Below, in pieces: positions 51,681 to 64,000 of a stretch of 64,000 bases of DNA. Each line of letters opens with the position of its first letter. The stretch's first letter is position 1. Source of the DNA: Camelus dromedarius (Eukaryota); the NCBI RefSeq assembly GCF_036321535.1, contig NC_087436.1:10354001-10418000 (forward strand). The letters are read 5' to 3'. The position numbers were made by a program, and so were the translations under genes. A model generated the notes under the pieces. The model was not told the origin of the DNA. It saw nothing but the letters and a program-made list of their open reading frames with translations, and did no database searches.

Positions 51681-53330
51681 GAAAGCTAGTTATTCTTAAG
51701 GTAGTATTAATTACATAATTTAATTAAATATTATGTAAATTGACTAAAATTATAAAAAGAGTTGCTTACGTGAAAACTATGCTGTATTTTTCGAAAGGTA
51801 CAAAACAGGCAATATTTAAAAAATACAGTTGAATGAAATGTGTATAAATATAAAGGAAACATAAAGACTGGGTTAAACAATGTTAATATTTAGAAGAATG
51901 TGGATATCAGGGTGGTTTTATCTGTCAATAAATATCTTTAAGTGGTTGTTTTAATTTAAATAAACTAAAGTTACAAAATTACAAATCAGTGTGGTCTAAG
52001 CAACATGACAAAGGTCTCCAATTGGAAGTTCTCTATTCAAAGCAAGTGTGAGTCATGTAAATCTTAGAGAATGAACATGTACTTATGTAATTTTGGTTGT
52101 TAAAAATATGGGGTATATAGAGATAATTTTTACTGTTACATCTTTAACCAACTTTTTCAATGCATCCACCAAACACTGGTCTTGATTTTGTTTGAAAGAG
52201 GACATCTACTCCATTCAATATTCATTAATGTTCTTCATTTTTGTACAAATTAGTCTTTGTCACCAAAATTTCAGATATCCTAAAATGTTTGCTCCTATCT
52301 TAAGTGACAAAAGATCATAGTAAAATTTCTTTTTGAAAAGTATCACAGTATTAGCTAATCTATACCCATAAGAGAACTAAGTTCTTTCAAATGGAGTTAC
52401 CTTCTTCCTTGGGGTGTTATTTGATACACCCCAAGGAGGTAGATGAAAAGATCTGATGGATGAATGAGTATGTTTACACCTTGAGGAAGCTAGTTTCTTA
52501 TGGGGCACTAGGACAATTCAGCCAAGTCACAGACTGAAAACTGCTTCTACCTATGCTGTTGACATAAGGTCTTTGGTAATTTGCTTACTATTTGATTCTC
52601 CATTTCTGCAAAAATAAGAACTGGGAGATAATGCTATTTCATAGGGACTGCTGAAGTCAGTAACTGTTCAATACTTTAGATGCTTAGCAAATGAAAAGTG
52701 GAATAAGCAATCAATATATATGTTTCTCTCGTGATTAATTTTCAAACAATGTATTTGTTCTTCTAGTGGTTATTTTTCCCCAAACAGCAAATTTTGATAG
52801 AAAAACTGATTCCCACAAATATATAATCCATTTTAGGTATTCTTTATTTATGTGTCTCCCAAGCACTCACTGAGAAATTCAAATCCCACATGCAAAGATT
52901 TCCATTTGATTTATTGGTCTCTTAATTTCATTCTTGTAAAATGCTGCCTGCTCTCAATCAATATCCTTTTGTACCAGGCAAGATATTGACTACAGAATGG
53001 AAAAATGTGTTCATAGCCACATTATGACAAGAGAAATGCCAGAAAAATAATTAGTCTTAAAAAACTCTAAAATAGTTACATTTGAGTTGCATTGAGTTTG
53101 TAGGTCTAGTCCTGCTAGAAATCAGAATCACAGATTTTAGAACTTAATATGTTTAAAAATTAAGTATTTCACTTTGCAGTCCTCCCTTATCACAAAAATG
53201 ATGTAAATTCCTTCTCCAACTATATTAATTTATAATTTGAAATTTCCCCACAGTTTCTGATACAGATAACCACAATTTACTTGTCTATTTTTATAGTTTC
53301 CTCTGATTCAAAGTATCCTGATAATCATAG

Positions 53331-53336
<6 letters not shown>

Positions 53337-53388
<52 letters not shown>
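53337..53388. repeat. (GT)n microsatellite
   Basis: About 26 perfect GT units. Confidence 0.97.
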
Positions 53389-53392
<4 letters not shown>

Positions 53393-53866
53393 AAACAGAA
53401 TACTATTCAGTCATAAAAAATAATAAAATAATGCCATTTATAGAAACAAATAGATGGACCTGGAGATACTAAGGAAGTAAACCAGAAAGAGAAAAATACC
53501 ATATGACATCACTTATATATTGAATCTAAAAACATGAGACAAATGAACTTATTTACAAAACAGAAACATACTCACAGACAGAAAACAAACTTATGGTTAC
53601 CAGTGGGGGAAGGGAGGGGTGGAGGGATAAATTGAGAGTCTGAGATCTGTAGATACAGCTATATAAAAAAACAGATAAACAACTAGGACCTACTGAATAG
53701 CACAGGTAATTATATTCAACGTCTTGTAACAGCCTATAATGGAAAAGAATATGAAAAGGAATGTATACATATATATAGACATATATATGCATATAACTGA
53801 ATCACTAAGCTGTACATCAGAAATTAACATAACACTGTAAACTGACTATACTTCACTAAAAATAAG
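53389..53866 (+). mobile_element. Lineage-specific L1 3' fragment
   Basis: gaatactattcagtcataaaaaa...aaacaaacttatggttacc...actgactatacttca. Confidence 0.9.
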
Positions 53867-56429
53867 AAACATTATAGAGATAGTAGTTAGTACTTCTGTG
53901 CATAAAGCACCTCACTCAAAGTTTAGTTAATGTGCAAAGAACTTACATGGTTTGCTAAAACCTACATTAGCTGGTGCTGAAGTTTAATTCATGTGAATGC
54001 TGTAGACTAAACCTGTCCCTTAGTCAATTTAAAAAGCTCATTAATACAGTGTAAGGATGCATTTCTTATAGTTGATAGTGAAACTATAACAACAGTTTCT
54101 GAAATGTATTTTAGCACATGTATGATGTTTGTAAAACAGGGTCAAAAAATCCTTAACATGAATATTCATGTCTTTCCTCTTGCTTCCATTTATAAGGAGC
54201 AAAGATACTCCTCCTGGGCTTGATTTGTTTGGAGAGTTTTTGATTTTGAGAATTTTGATTAATGGGTAAATCTCAAAGAAAAATCAAAGAAACCAGAGAT
54301 GTAATAAAGGTAATAGAAAAAAAAATATGGTAGTTGGGTTGGCAGACAGAGAAAGAAACACAACAGGGCGTGTTTGCGGAAGGTCATTTTTATGTGGAGG
54401 TAAAAGTGAATTATAAAGAGAGGGAGTGTTCTGAGTCCTCTGACCTATGTGATATCAGAAGGAATGAGAAAGGGAAGCTTTTGGGAAGTGGGGATAGAGT
54501 TTTATATTAAATCTCCATTATTCTTCCTTGAGATGGTTAAATAGAAATTCATTATCTTTACTTCTGGGTGTTATTCTTTGAATGAAACACAAATTAAGAC
54601 TGACCCATGTGGCACCTGGGGAGTCAAGTTGCAAAATATATATTTCACCTTTACTGTATACATTCAGAGACTTTTCTCACTGAGCATGCCATTAACTGAG
54701 AGTACAGAAGTTTTTTGTGATCTTGGCATTCTTGGGCCCCAGGGATATTAACGAAGATGAGAAATAGATGTATAGTAATTACTTGCTCAGTGTGTTTAAT
54801 AAGGGAATTTTAAAAAGCAAGATGCAGCTTAATAGTGCTTCATTTTCCTACTGTTTTAATCTTTCCAAAGGTCAGATAAGCCTTTATTGTTGTTATTCAT
54901 GAAATCAAATGCCTTTCCGCCCTGAAAGACAAATGGCAGTGGCTCTTTTAAGTTACTCGGTGATGTGGATGGAAACTAAGCCCTTGAGAGAAGATGCTGA
55001 AATGACAAAAATCCACGTTCTCCTTCTAATGTAGCTATTAATAGGGCGGATTTTCATAAGGGCTCAGAAGGCAGAGTATTTCCTCTCTCTATGCAAACTT
55101 CACTTAGGTACTAATGTATCTCTTTGGCTATACAAAGACTTGGAATAAAAGCCACCTGCATTTCAGAGTAAAATCAGACTCCGCTTATCCTAGAAAGGAG
55201 TAGATTCAAGGTAGAGTTCTTAGCAAATGGACCCAGAGAAGTGATGGGTCGAGACTTGTAAGTGCAGCGTGAGCATACATTTCTCATCCACTAATAGCAC
55301 AAGTGACCCGAAACCGAACCCAAAGTGCTGGGGCCTGGGGTGGGGGAGAGAGACCATCTTCTTAGGCAGCAGTGAAATAAGAAGTCAGGGGATGGGAGGG
55401 GACCTACCTTCTCATGCTGGCATGAGAGTTGAAAACAGAATTTCTGTAGCTTCTAGGAACCTGGCTGAAGAGGTTGTGAGCGTGCAAGGAATGTAATTAA
55501 AGGGCAAGTGTTTGTGTCAGAAGCCCTCATTAACATGTCCAAGCAATGCATATACTTACCATGTTTTCAGTCTCCTTTAATATATGTTTTAAAAAGGAAG
55601 ACACAATTATTGACTCTGGTTTAGCATGGAAGGCATTCTAACAATGACTTCAGAATAGGGATGTAAAACTACCTTACCTTAGGAGTTCCAAAGGCACAAT
55701 AAAGAAAATAACTTGGTAGGGGCACATTTACTCAATCCCTGAACTACGGCAAAAAGGAATGCTTTCTTCTTCTAGCTGAAAAGGAACCACCTCTGCTTTA
55801 GACTTACGACAGGTATGTGGGATGTAGCCATCGTCACATGTTTTGTGTGCTGTATTCCATTTATTCCATCACGGATGGGTTTCTGCCATAATACGGCTCA
55901 TGGGAAACCCAAACCCACATGTAGTATTATTGAAACCCCAAAGAATATCATAATGAAATTATTTTGCGGGCTACAGTTTCATTTAAAGGTAATTATAGAT
56001 AAGACGCATAACATCTTAGCATTTTTTTGTGCTCTGGAAATTATACATACTCATATTAACTTTTCAGAGTAACTGTCACTCAAAAGGGTTTTTATGTTAG
56101 AATATGACATTATACTAGTGCAAAACACCACCTTTGATTGAGAAGGGTGGGTATTACAGGATTACAGAATGGGAACGGGGGCACTGGCTCCTGAACGGAG
56201 TACCCTCCTGTTTACAAAGCAGATCTGAATACCCAGGTGAGTACCCCAGGCTCCAGACACTAACATGACTTTTCCAACTTAATCTGGCATCTTCCATTTG
56301 TTTCTTTCCTTCGATTTCTTTCTGATCGCCTACCAACACATTAGGTTCCCAGTATCACTCCACCTGCTTTCAGAAATGTTCCTGCTTTCAAATGCTAATT
56401 TCCCTCAACTGCCTGAACAATAACTTTCT

Positions 56430-56432
<3 letters not shown>

Positions 56433-56467
<35 letters not shown>
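56433..56467. repeat. Poly-T tract
   Basis: About 35 consecutive T. Confidence 0.95.
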
Positions 56468-56471
<4 letters not shown>

Positions 56472-56861
56472 GAATCAAGAGAAAGGAGAAATGATGTGAT
56501 GCTTCAATCACGATGACACCTTCCCCTTGCTGCTTCATAAAGACAGAATCAATGAACAGAATTTTCCCTGTTTCATGCCTGCATTCGCCACCAGTGTTTC
56601 TAGATTGACAACATCATTACAACAAAAGTATTTAAACATCTCCTAAAGACTACTACAAAGGAATTGTCTCTTTGCATTTTCACAATCTTTTATTTGAGGG
56701 GAAAAATATCTCTACAGCAAAATGTGAAGAAAATGATGTCCACTTTTTAATAAAGAATATTTAGATTCTACAGAGAATTTAAGATCAGCTTAATTTTAAC
56801 TCAATTGCTTATAAATATAATTCATGTTTGTTCCTTTGCTCTTCTGATCCAACACAGAGAT

Positions 56862-57005
56862 CTTTTTTTTTAATTTAATTTTCTTTGAGAGGGGAGGTAA
56901 TTAGGTTTACTTATTTATTTTTTAGAGGAGGTACTGGGGATTGAAGCCAGGACCTCATGCCTGCTAAGCATGCACTCTAAACCACTGAGCTTCACCCTCC
57001 CCCCT
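56862..57005 (-). mobile_element. Vic-1-like SINE
   Basis: ggggaggtaattagg...gaggtactggggattgaa.ccaggacctcatg...ccactgagct..accctcccc. Confidence 0.9.
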
Positions 57006-57429
57006 TAGATTCCTTCTTTGTTCAGCAAATGCCTGCTCATCTTCAAAATTTAATATTTGCAATGCATATTTCACACAATCTCTATCTGTAAATTTGTATT
57101 AAACTATAGATATAATTCCTTCATAGAGACATAACTAAATCTGATCATACATACAGCTAACTCCTAACTACTTAATTGGTACCATTTTCTAATGCACATG
57201 GCATGCAATTAAAGCATTTGAATAACTCTTTTAACTGAAGAGTAAAACATAATTAAGTCAATCTTGATTTAGATGCAATTTTCAATACATGGAGTTAAGC
57301 ACTAAAATCCACAACACTTACAACATGTATATTGCAACACACACACTGGTGTTTCACAAGGTGGTTGTCAGTCACAGGGGAGAGTTGGACTAGGAATCCA
57401 GGGAGAAAGCTTGGAGGAAGAAATGTGGA

Positions 57430-58205
57430 GCAGTGAAAAACCAAAGGCCTAGGAATTAGGGCCACCAGCTCTATGGATCCCGAATCTATTGCTACATAAC
57501 TTGACCTTAAGCAAAGCAAGGTCCTGACATTTCTCTAAGTCTCCTCTCTAGAATGGTGCTAGGTAGTTAGATAAGTGGGGACACAAGGCAGACAGGTGGA
57601 GGAGAGGGAGGAGGGTCCGGAAGGTGGCGTTATGCCCACCTTCGGCTTAAAGGGGCTTTATTTCTTCTAAATGAGCGCCAGCAAGAACCGGTTGGAACCT
57701 GACAGCCACAACTGCTCTGTAGCAACAAGGACCTAACTGGACAAGACTCAACGCTCATTGTAATATAATTACTATTGCAGTTTAGGCCTGCCATGGGGCT
57801 TTCTGAGTGCATCATGGGTAAGGACATGCACAAAGGAAACAAACAGGACTAGGCATTCCAGGGGCAAGAGCCGTCAATCAAAAGACCACCTCAAAGCAAG
57901 GGAGTAAGAGAAAGGGCAAAACAAAGACCACTGCTCTTCCTCCCTTGGACCAGCCTGCTTCCTGTTCTTGGAGGTGCACTTTTCTTTTCCTGAATAAATC
58001 TTTTAAGATCTTTCACTATGCAACGCACTCATTGCCTGTCTGTAATCTTATCTTTCAGGTAAGACAAAGACGGGGATATTTTCCTTTTTTGGGGGGTAAC
58101 AATGGGACCACCTTCCCAGAGTCCTTGGAGAACTGACTGCAGTGATGTATATAAACAAAAACTCAACTCAATGCCTGACATACAGCACGTGTTCAGTAAA
58201 CTTTA
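57430..58205 (+). mobile_element. MIR relic split by the LTR at 57557-58101
   Basis: tgaccttaagcaa...ctcctctctagaatgg on the left; accttcccagag...aatgcctgacatacagcacgtgttcagtaaac on the right. Confidence 0.6.
57557..58101 (+). mobile_element. Solo ERV1 LTR (545 bp)
   Basis: TGCTAGGTAG...GGTAACA, AATAAA ~57993, perfect TSD ATGG (57553-57556 / 58102-58105). Confidence 0.9.
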
Positions 58206-60018
58206 ATTTTTCTCCCTTTGAACACCATTGCTGTTTTTCCAATGAAAAGGCAGTAAAAATGTTATTTCTAAATGAAAAGTGGAACAGTTAAAAATATCAT
58301 CCCAATCTAGAGTTGTAAGTTGCCATGGGAATGCAAATATCACCCTACTACTCACTCTCTCTCGTTAGGTAGTAACAGAAGTGTATATCACAGAGCGAAA
58401 ACAGCATGGCGAGAAGTCTCAGGGTGACTGGCGTTGCTGGATTTACTCACTTGCTGGAGACCACATTCAGCCTTAGGCCTGTAATTCTCCCCAAGTTACT
58501 GGAGAAAAAGATATGGACCTCAAGGGAAGAATTTCCTAACCTTTAAGAAATGCCCTCTTCCTCTCCACTACTCAGTACTCAGGGTACTTCCTGGCTTTGA
58601 AAATAAATTTGATTTTTGTGATAGAAAGAACAGCATAGGAAGTATTTGGTCTGCTATTAAATTCACTATGCTGTCTTCTCTCTCCATAATTTTTGAAATA
58701 AATGCATCATTTATGCAAACTGTTGGGAAGAGCCTCTGTGAGGGAATTGCTAAAGGAAACCCTTTGTACTTTATTTTAATAACTAGCAGATAAACAGCAG
58801 CTGTGGTTTAGAGAGAGCCGATCCAGACTGACATCAGCGTATGAGATACGCGTTTCCTCTGTCTTCCCCTTTAGTTTTTGGATTACTAAAAATACCTACT
58901 CCCTGCACACTATGTATCTCTCAGGTTATATAATCACTGCTGCATTTTCAAGATTTAGTTTCTAAACGATTGCTATTTCTGAAAAGAACTGCTGGACCAA
59001 CTACATCAGTTTCAACTCTATGTTTTCATGATAAAAGTTAAAGCTTTGCAAAATTCCTAACACATCAAATACTGAATTTGTCATGGTCAACCCCCCAAAA
59101 AAAGTATAACACAGATGGATTTATAATAGAATGGGAATTCTGTAAAAATTCCCAAACACATTCGCAGAGAAAAAGACTAGAGGTTTAATGACCCATGATG
59201 CTAAACCTGGATGATGAAAGCCCTGATGATTTTTATTTTCGTATATTTTCCAATTTTCCTAAATTGCATGCTTTGCCTTTATATTAAAATTTATTTTAGT
59301 TTAAGAGGTGAATAACAATGATTGAGTTCCATATATATAATAGTAAAATATCCTAGTTTTTAGTTGTCGATTCTGTAGAGCTATGAGCCTCAGATTTATA
59401 TATTTTTTAATTATTGTAAAACAGAGTACATAAAAACAAAATATATATAAAATACTTTGGGGATTAAATACAGTAAAGCAGGTTTAAGTCCACCAACATT
59501 AATAGAAAGCTCTCTGTCATCACTTTAAATGTTGCACTTCATTCTGTTCTTTTTCCAACTTCTCTTGAAGTTGGAATCTCTTCTCTTCAACGATTTTACT
59601 CCAATAGATAGTTGGGACTCATTTTTATCAATTTTCAGGAAAAAAAAAAAACTATGTTGGAATTGAATTGGATCTACAAATCAAATTCATAAAATATCTG
59701 TTTTGAAAATTGATTTTTTTTCTATCCAGTCATACTTATTTCGTCTTCCTTCAGTGTCTTTCAGTGAAAGTTTACTGCATAGATGCTGCACATTTTTGGT
59801 GGGATTAATTCACAAGCATTTCAATAATATTTTCTAGCTAATTTTTACTTGTACAGGCATAGCCTGGAAGTATTGCAGGTTCAGTTCCAGACTGCTGTGA
59901 TTAAACGAAAATCTCAGCAAAGTGAGTCACACAAATTTTTCTGTTTCCCAGTGCCTATAAAAGTTATGTTTACACTATATTGCAATAGCATTATGCTTAA
60001 AAAAACAGTGTAAGTACC

Positions 60019-61800
60019 TTAATTAAAAATGCTTTGTTGCTTAAAAAAAAAGCTAACCATCATCCAAGCTTTCAGCGAGTCATAATCTTTTTGCTGTTGG
60101 AGTCTTGGCCTCGATGTTGCTGACTGCTGACTGATAAGGGTGGTGGTCGCTGAAGCTTGGGGGTGGCCATGGCAATATCTTAAAATAAAACAATAACTCT
60201 TCATTTCACGAACAATTTCTCTGTAGCATGCAATGCTCTTTGGTAGCCTTTTACTCACAGTAGAACTTCTTTCTAAATTGGATCCAATCCTCTTAAACCC
60301 TGCCTTTGTTTTATCAACTAAGTTTATGTAATATTCTGAATCATTTGTTATCCTTTCAACAACCTTCACAGCATCCTTACCAGGAGTAGAGTCCATCTCA
60401 AGAAATCACTTTCTTTGCTCATCCGTTGAGGTTTCATCATGAGACGGCAGCAATCCAGTAACATCTTCAGGCTCCACTTCTAATCCTGGCTCTCCATCTA
60501 TTTCCACCACATCTGCAGTGACTTCCTGTGCTGAAGTCTTGAACCGCCTCAAAGTCATCCATGAGGGCTAGAATCAACTTCTTCCAAACTCTGGTTAAAG
60601 TTGAAATTCTGACCTCTTCCTGTGAACCACAAATGTCCTCAATGGCATCTAGAATGTTGAATCCTTTCCAGAAGGTTTTCAATTGACTGTGCCCAGATCT
60701 AAATGAGTAATCACAATCTATAGCAGGTGTAGCCTAACGAAATCTATTCTTTAAATAATCCGATTTAAGCCTTGAATTCAAAATGACTCCCTGACCCACA
60801 GGCTGCAGAATGGATGTTGTGTTAAAGGCGTGAAAACAACATTAATTAACCTCATCGCACATCTTCATCAGAGCTCTTGGGTGACATGGGACATTGCCAA
60901 TGAGCAGATATATTTTGAAAGGAATCTTTTTTTTTTCTGAGCAGTAGATCTCAGCAGTGAGCTTAAAATATTCAGCAAGCCATATTGGAAACAGATGTGC
61001 TGTCATCCCAGCTTTGTTGTTCCATTTATAGAGCACAGGCAGAGTAGATTTGACATGAGTCTTAAGGGCCCTGAGATTTTTGGCTGGTAAATGAGCACTG
61101 GCTCAACCTAACGTCACCAGCTGCATTAGCCCTTAATAAGAGAGTCAGCCTGTCCTTTGAAGCTTGAAGGCCAGGCACTGACTTCTCCCCTCCAGCTATG
61201 AAAGTCCTAGAAGGCATCTTCTTCCAGCAGAAGATGGTTTCATCTCCTCTGCAAATCTGTTGATCAATTATCTGAGCTGGACCTCCTGCATAACTTACTG
61301 CAGCTTCTACATCAGCACTGCCTGCCTCGCCTTGCACATTCATGTCACGCGGACGGCTTCTTACCTTGAACCTCGTGAACCAACCTCTGCCAGCTTCAGT
61401 CAGACTTCTCTTCTGCAGCTTCCTCACCTCCATCAGCCTTCATAGAGTTGAAGAGAGCTGGGGCCTTGCTCTCGTTTGGGCTTTGGCTTAAGGGAATGTC
61501 GTGGCAGGTTTGATCTCCTAGCCAGACCCCTCAAACTTTCTCCGTCTCAGCACTGAAGTTGTCTCACTTTCTAATCACTTGTGTGTTCACTGGAGGAGCA
61601 CTTTTAATTTCCTGCGGAAACTCTTCCTTTGCATTTACAACTTGGCTTACTGGGGCAAGAGGCCTGGCTTTCAGCCTATCATGGCTTTAAACATGCCTTC
61701 TGCACCCAGCTTAACTATTTCTAGCTCTTAATTCGAAGTGAGAGATTTGTGACTCTTCCTTTCACTTGAACACTTAGAGGCCACTGTGGGGTTGTTAACT
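60019..61800 (-). pseudogene. Decayed Tigger1 pogo-like transposase (CENP-B/DDE_1 family)
   Basis: Frameshifted ORFs 61062-61433, 60842-61036, 60467-60682, 60019-60396. Confidence 0.85.
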
Positions 61801-61907
61801 GGCCTGCTTTCAATATTATTATGTCTCTGGAAATAGACCCGAGGAGAGGGAGAGGGACAGGGGAAGGGGGAGTGGGTGGAGCAGTCAGAATACACACGAC
61901 ATTCATT

Positions 61908-63843
61908 TTTATTTCTTTACTGAAGCAGAGTTGATTTACAATATTATATTTGTTTCAGGTGTACAATATAGTGATTTAATATTTTTATAGGTTATACTCC
62001 ATTTAGAGTTATTACAAAGCAATATTACAAAACTATATTTCCCTGTGCTGTGCAATATATTCTTGTTGCTTCTCTATTTTATACAGAGTAGTTTATATCT
62101 CTCAATTCCATCCCCCTATCTTGCCCCTCTCCACTTCCCTCTGGTCACTGGTAACCACCAGCTTGTTCTATGTGTCTGTGAGTCTGTTTCTATTTTGTTA
62201 TTTATATTTGTTTCTTTTATATGTGTAGATTCCACGTATAAATGACAGCATAGAGTATTTTATCTTCTCCGTCTGACTTATTTTACCAAGCATCATACTC
62301 TCTGGGTCCATCCACATTGTTGCAAACGACAGAATTTCATTCCTTTTTATGGCTAAGTAATACTCCATTTTACGTATATCTCACACCTTCTTTATCCAGC
62401 CATCTGTTGTTAACCACATAGGTTCCTTCCATATCTTGGCTATTATAAATAAAACTGCTATGAACATCGGGGTGCATGTATCTTTTTGAATTAGTGTTTT
62501 CATTTTTTCAGGATATATACCTAGGTGTGGGATTGCTGGATTATATGGTAGTTCTGTTTTTAGTCTTTGGAGGAGTCTCCATACTGTTTTACATAGTGGT
62601 TGCATCCATTTATATTCCCACCAACAGTGCACAAGGGATCCCTTTTCTCCACATCCTCACCAACATTTGTTATGTGTGGTATTTTTGATGATAGCCATTC
62701 TGCCAGGTGTGAGGTGATACCTTATTGTGGTTTTGATTTGCATTTCCCTGACGATTAGTGACGTTGAGCATGTTTTCATATGCGTGAATGCCATCTGTAT
62801 GTCTTCTTTGGAGAAATGTCTATTCAGGTCCTCTGCCCATTTTTTACTCAGGTTGTTTGGGTTTTGATTTTGAGTCATATCATTTGCAAATATTTTCTCC
62901 CATTCAGTACACAGTCTTTCCATTTTGTCAATGGTTTCCTTTGCTGTGCCAAAGTTTTCAGTTTAATTAGGTCCCATTTGTTTATTTTTGCTGTTGTTTC
63001 TTTTGCCTTAGGAGAAAGATTAAAAAAATATTGCTACAATTTATGTCTGGGTGTTCTGCCTATGTTCTCTTCTGGGAGTTTTATGGTTTCAGGACTTACA
63101 TTTAGGTATTTTATCAATTTAGAGTTTATTTTCATATATGGTATGAGAAAATGTTCTACTCTCATTCTTTCACAAGTAGCTATCCAGTTTTCCTAGCATC
63201 ATTTATTAAAGAAACTGTCTTTTCTCCTTTGTATATTCTTGCCTCCTTTATTGTTGATTAACTGACCATAGGTGTGTGGATTTATTTCTGGATTCTATTC
63301 TGTGCCATTCTGTGTCTGTGTCTGTTTTTGTGCCAATACCATGCTGTTTTGGTTACTGTAGCTCTGTAGTATTGTCTGAAATTAGGGGGTCTGATACCTG
63401 CAGCTTTGCTCTTTTTTTCTCAAGATTGCTTTGGCAATTTGGGTTCTTTTGTAGTTCTGTATAAATTTTAGGGTTATTTTTTCTAGTTCTGTGAAAAATG
63501 TCATATGTATTTTGATAGAAATTACAATAAATCTATAGATGGCTTTGGTAGTATGGCCATTTTAACAATATTAATTCTTCCAATCCAAGAACAGGGGAGA
63601 TCTTTCCATGTCTTTGTATCATTTTCAAATACCTTCATCAGCATTTTATAGTTTTCAGAGGATAAGTCTCTCACCTCCTTCGTTAAGTTTATTTCTAAGT
63701 ACTTTCTTCTTTTTGATGTGATTTTAAATGAGATTTTTTTTCCCACTTTATCTTTCCTTTAGTTCATTATTAGTGTACAGAAAAGTAACAGATTTCTGTA
63801 TATTGAACTCATATCCTGCAACTTTAGTATATTCATTTATTAC
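61908..63843 (-). mobile_element. L1 3' fragment (~1.9 kb) inserted in Tigger1
   Basis: ORF2 C-terminal peptides ([37 protein letters not shown]); TSD ACACACGACATTCATT / ACACATGATATTTATT (61892-61907 / 63844-63859). Confidence 0.92.
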
Positions 63844-64000
63844 ACACATGATATTTATTGAGTAAGTTTATCATCTTATGTGGGCACGGTTCATGGCACC
63901 CCAACACAAGTACAATTGTAACATCAAAGAGCACCATAACAAATGTAATAATAATGAAAAAAAGCTTGAAATATTGCAAGAATAACCACAATGTGACACA

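Larger units (their letters stand above)
59854..64000 (-). mobile_element. Tigger1 (TcMar-Tigger) DNA transposon, near full length, interrupted by L1; runs off the window end
   Basis: TA target then TIR CAGGCATA..; transposase fragments on the minus strand (GWFTRFK, DETIFCWKKMPSRTFIA, SKDRLTLLL, YKWNNKAGMTAHLF, KTFWKGFNILDAI); resumes at ~63844. Confidence 0.92.

Noticed and set aside
51700..52200. Ancient Tigger-like DNA transposon fragment
   Set aside because: Only a vague resemblance in AT-rich DNA; cannot be supported without a profile search.
60019..61800. Functional TIGD/CENP-B-like gene
   Set aside because: Transposase is broken across at least four ORFs and still sits inside TIR-bearing Tigger1 sequence.

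Overview
Mammalian, repeat-dense, apparently non-coding genomic DNA, almost certainly camelid (alpaca/llama/camel). It holds four copies of the tRNA-Ala-derived Vic-1-type SINE and many 3' ends of a lineage-specific L1, and I saw no Alu, Bov-A/Bov-B, PRE1 or rodent SINEs. I found no host protein-coding gene, real tRNA, rRNA or CRISPR array. The ORFs I could recognise are decayed L1 ORF1/ORF2, ERV env or Tigger1 transposase fragments; the rest look like chance ORFs. Main structures: (i) an internally deleted old L1M(B) that keeps both ends (~2.2-6.35 kb); (ii) a degenerate gag/pol-less ERV1 provirus with LTR, PBS, env remnant and truncated 3' LTR, carrying a nested solo LTR and a SINE (16.6-21.8 kb); (iii) seven solo ERV1-type LTRs including the nested one, three with perfect 4-bp target-site duplications (TSDs); (iv) a near-full-length Tigger1 split by an L1 insertion (59.9-64 kb); (v) MaLR, MER20, MER63, MER96, MIR and L2 relics. 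I do not see evidence of a new biological system. The leads are modest: the provirus architecture, one-strand bias of the ERV1 LTRs, a few candidate enhancer motif clusters and some odd L1 rearrangements. Repeat family names were assigned by eye from remembered consensus sequences and need RepeatMasker/Dfam confirmation. Boundaries without a TSD are approximate.
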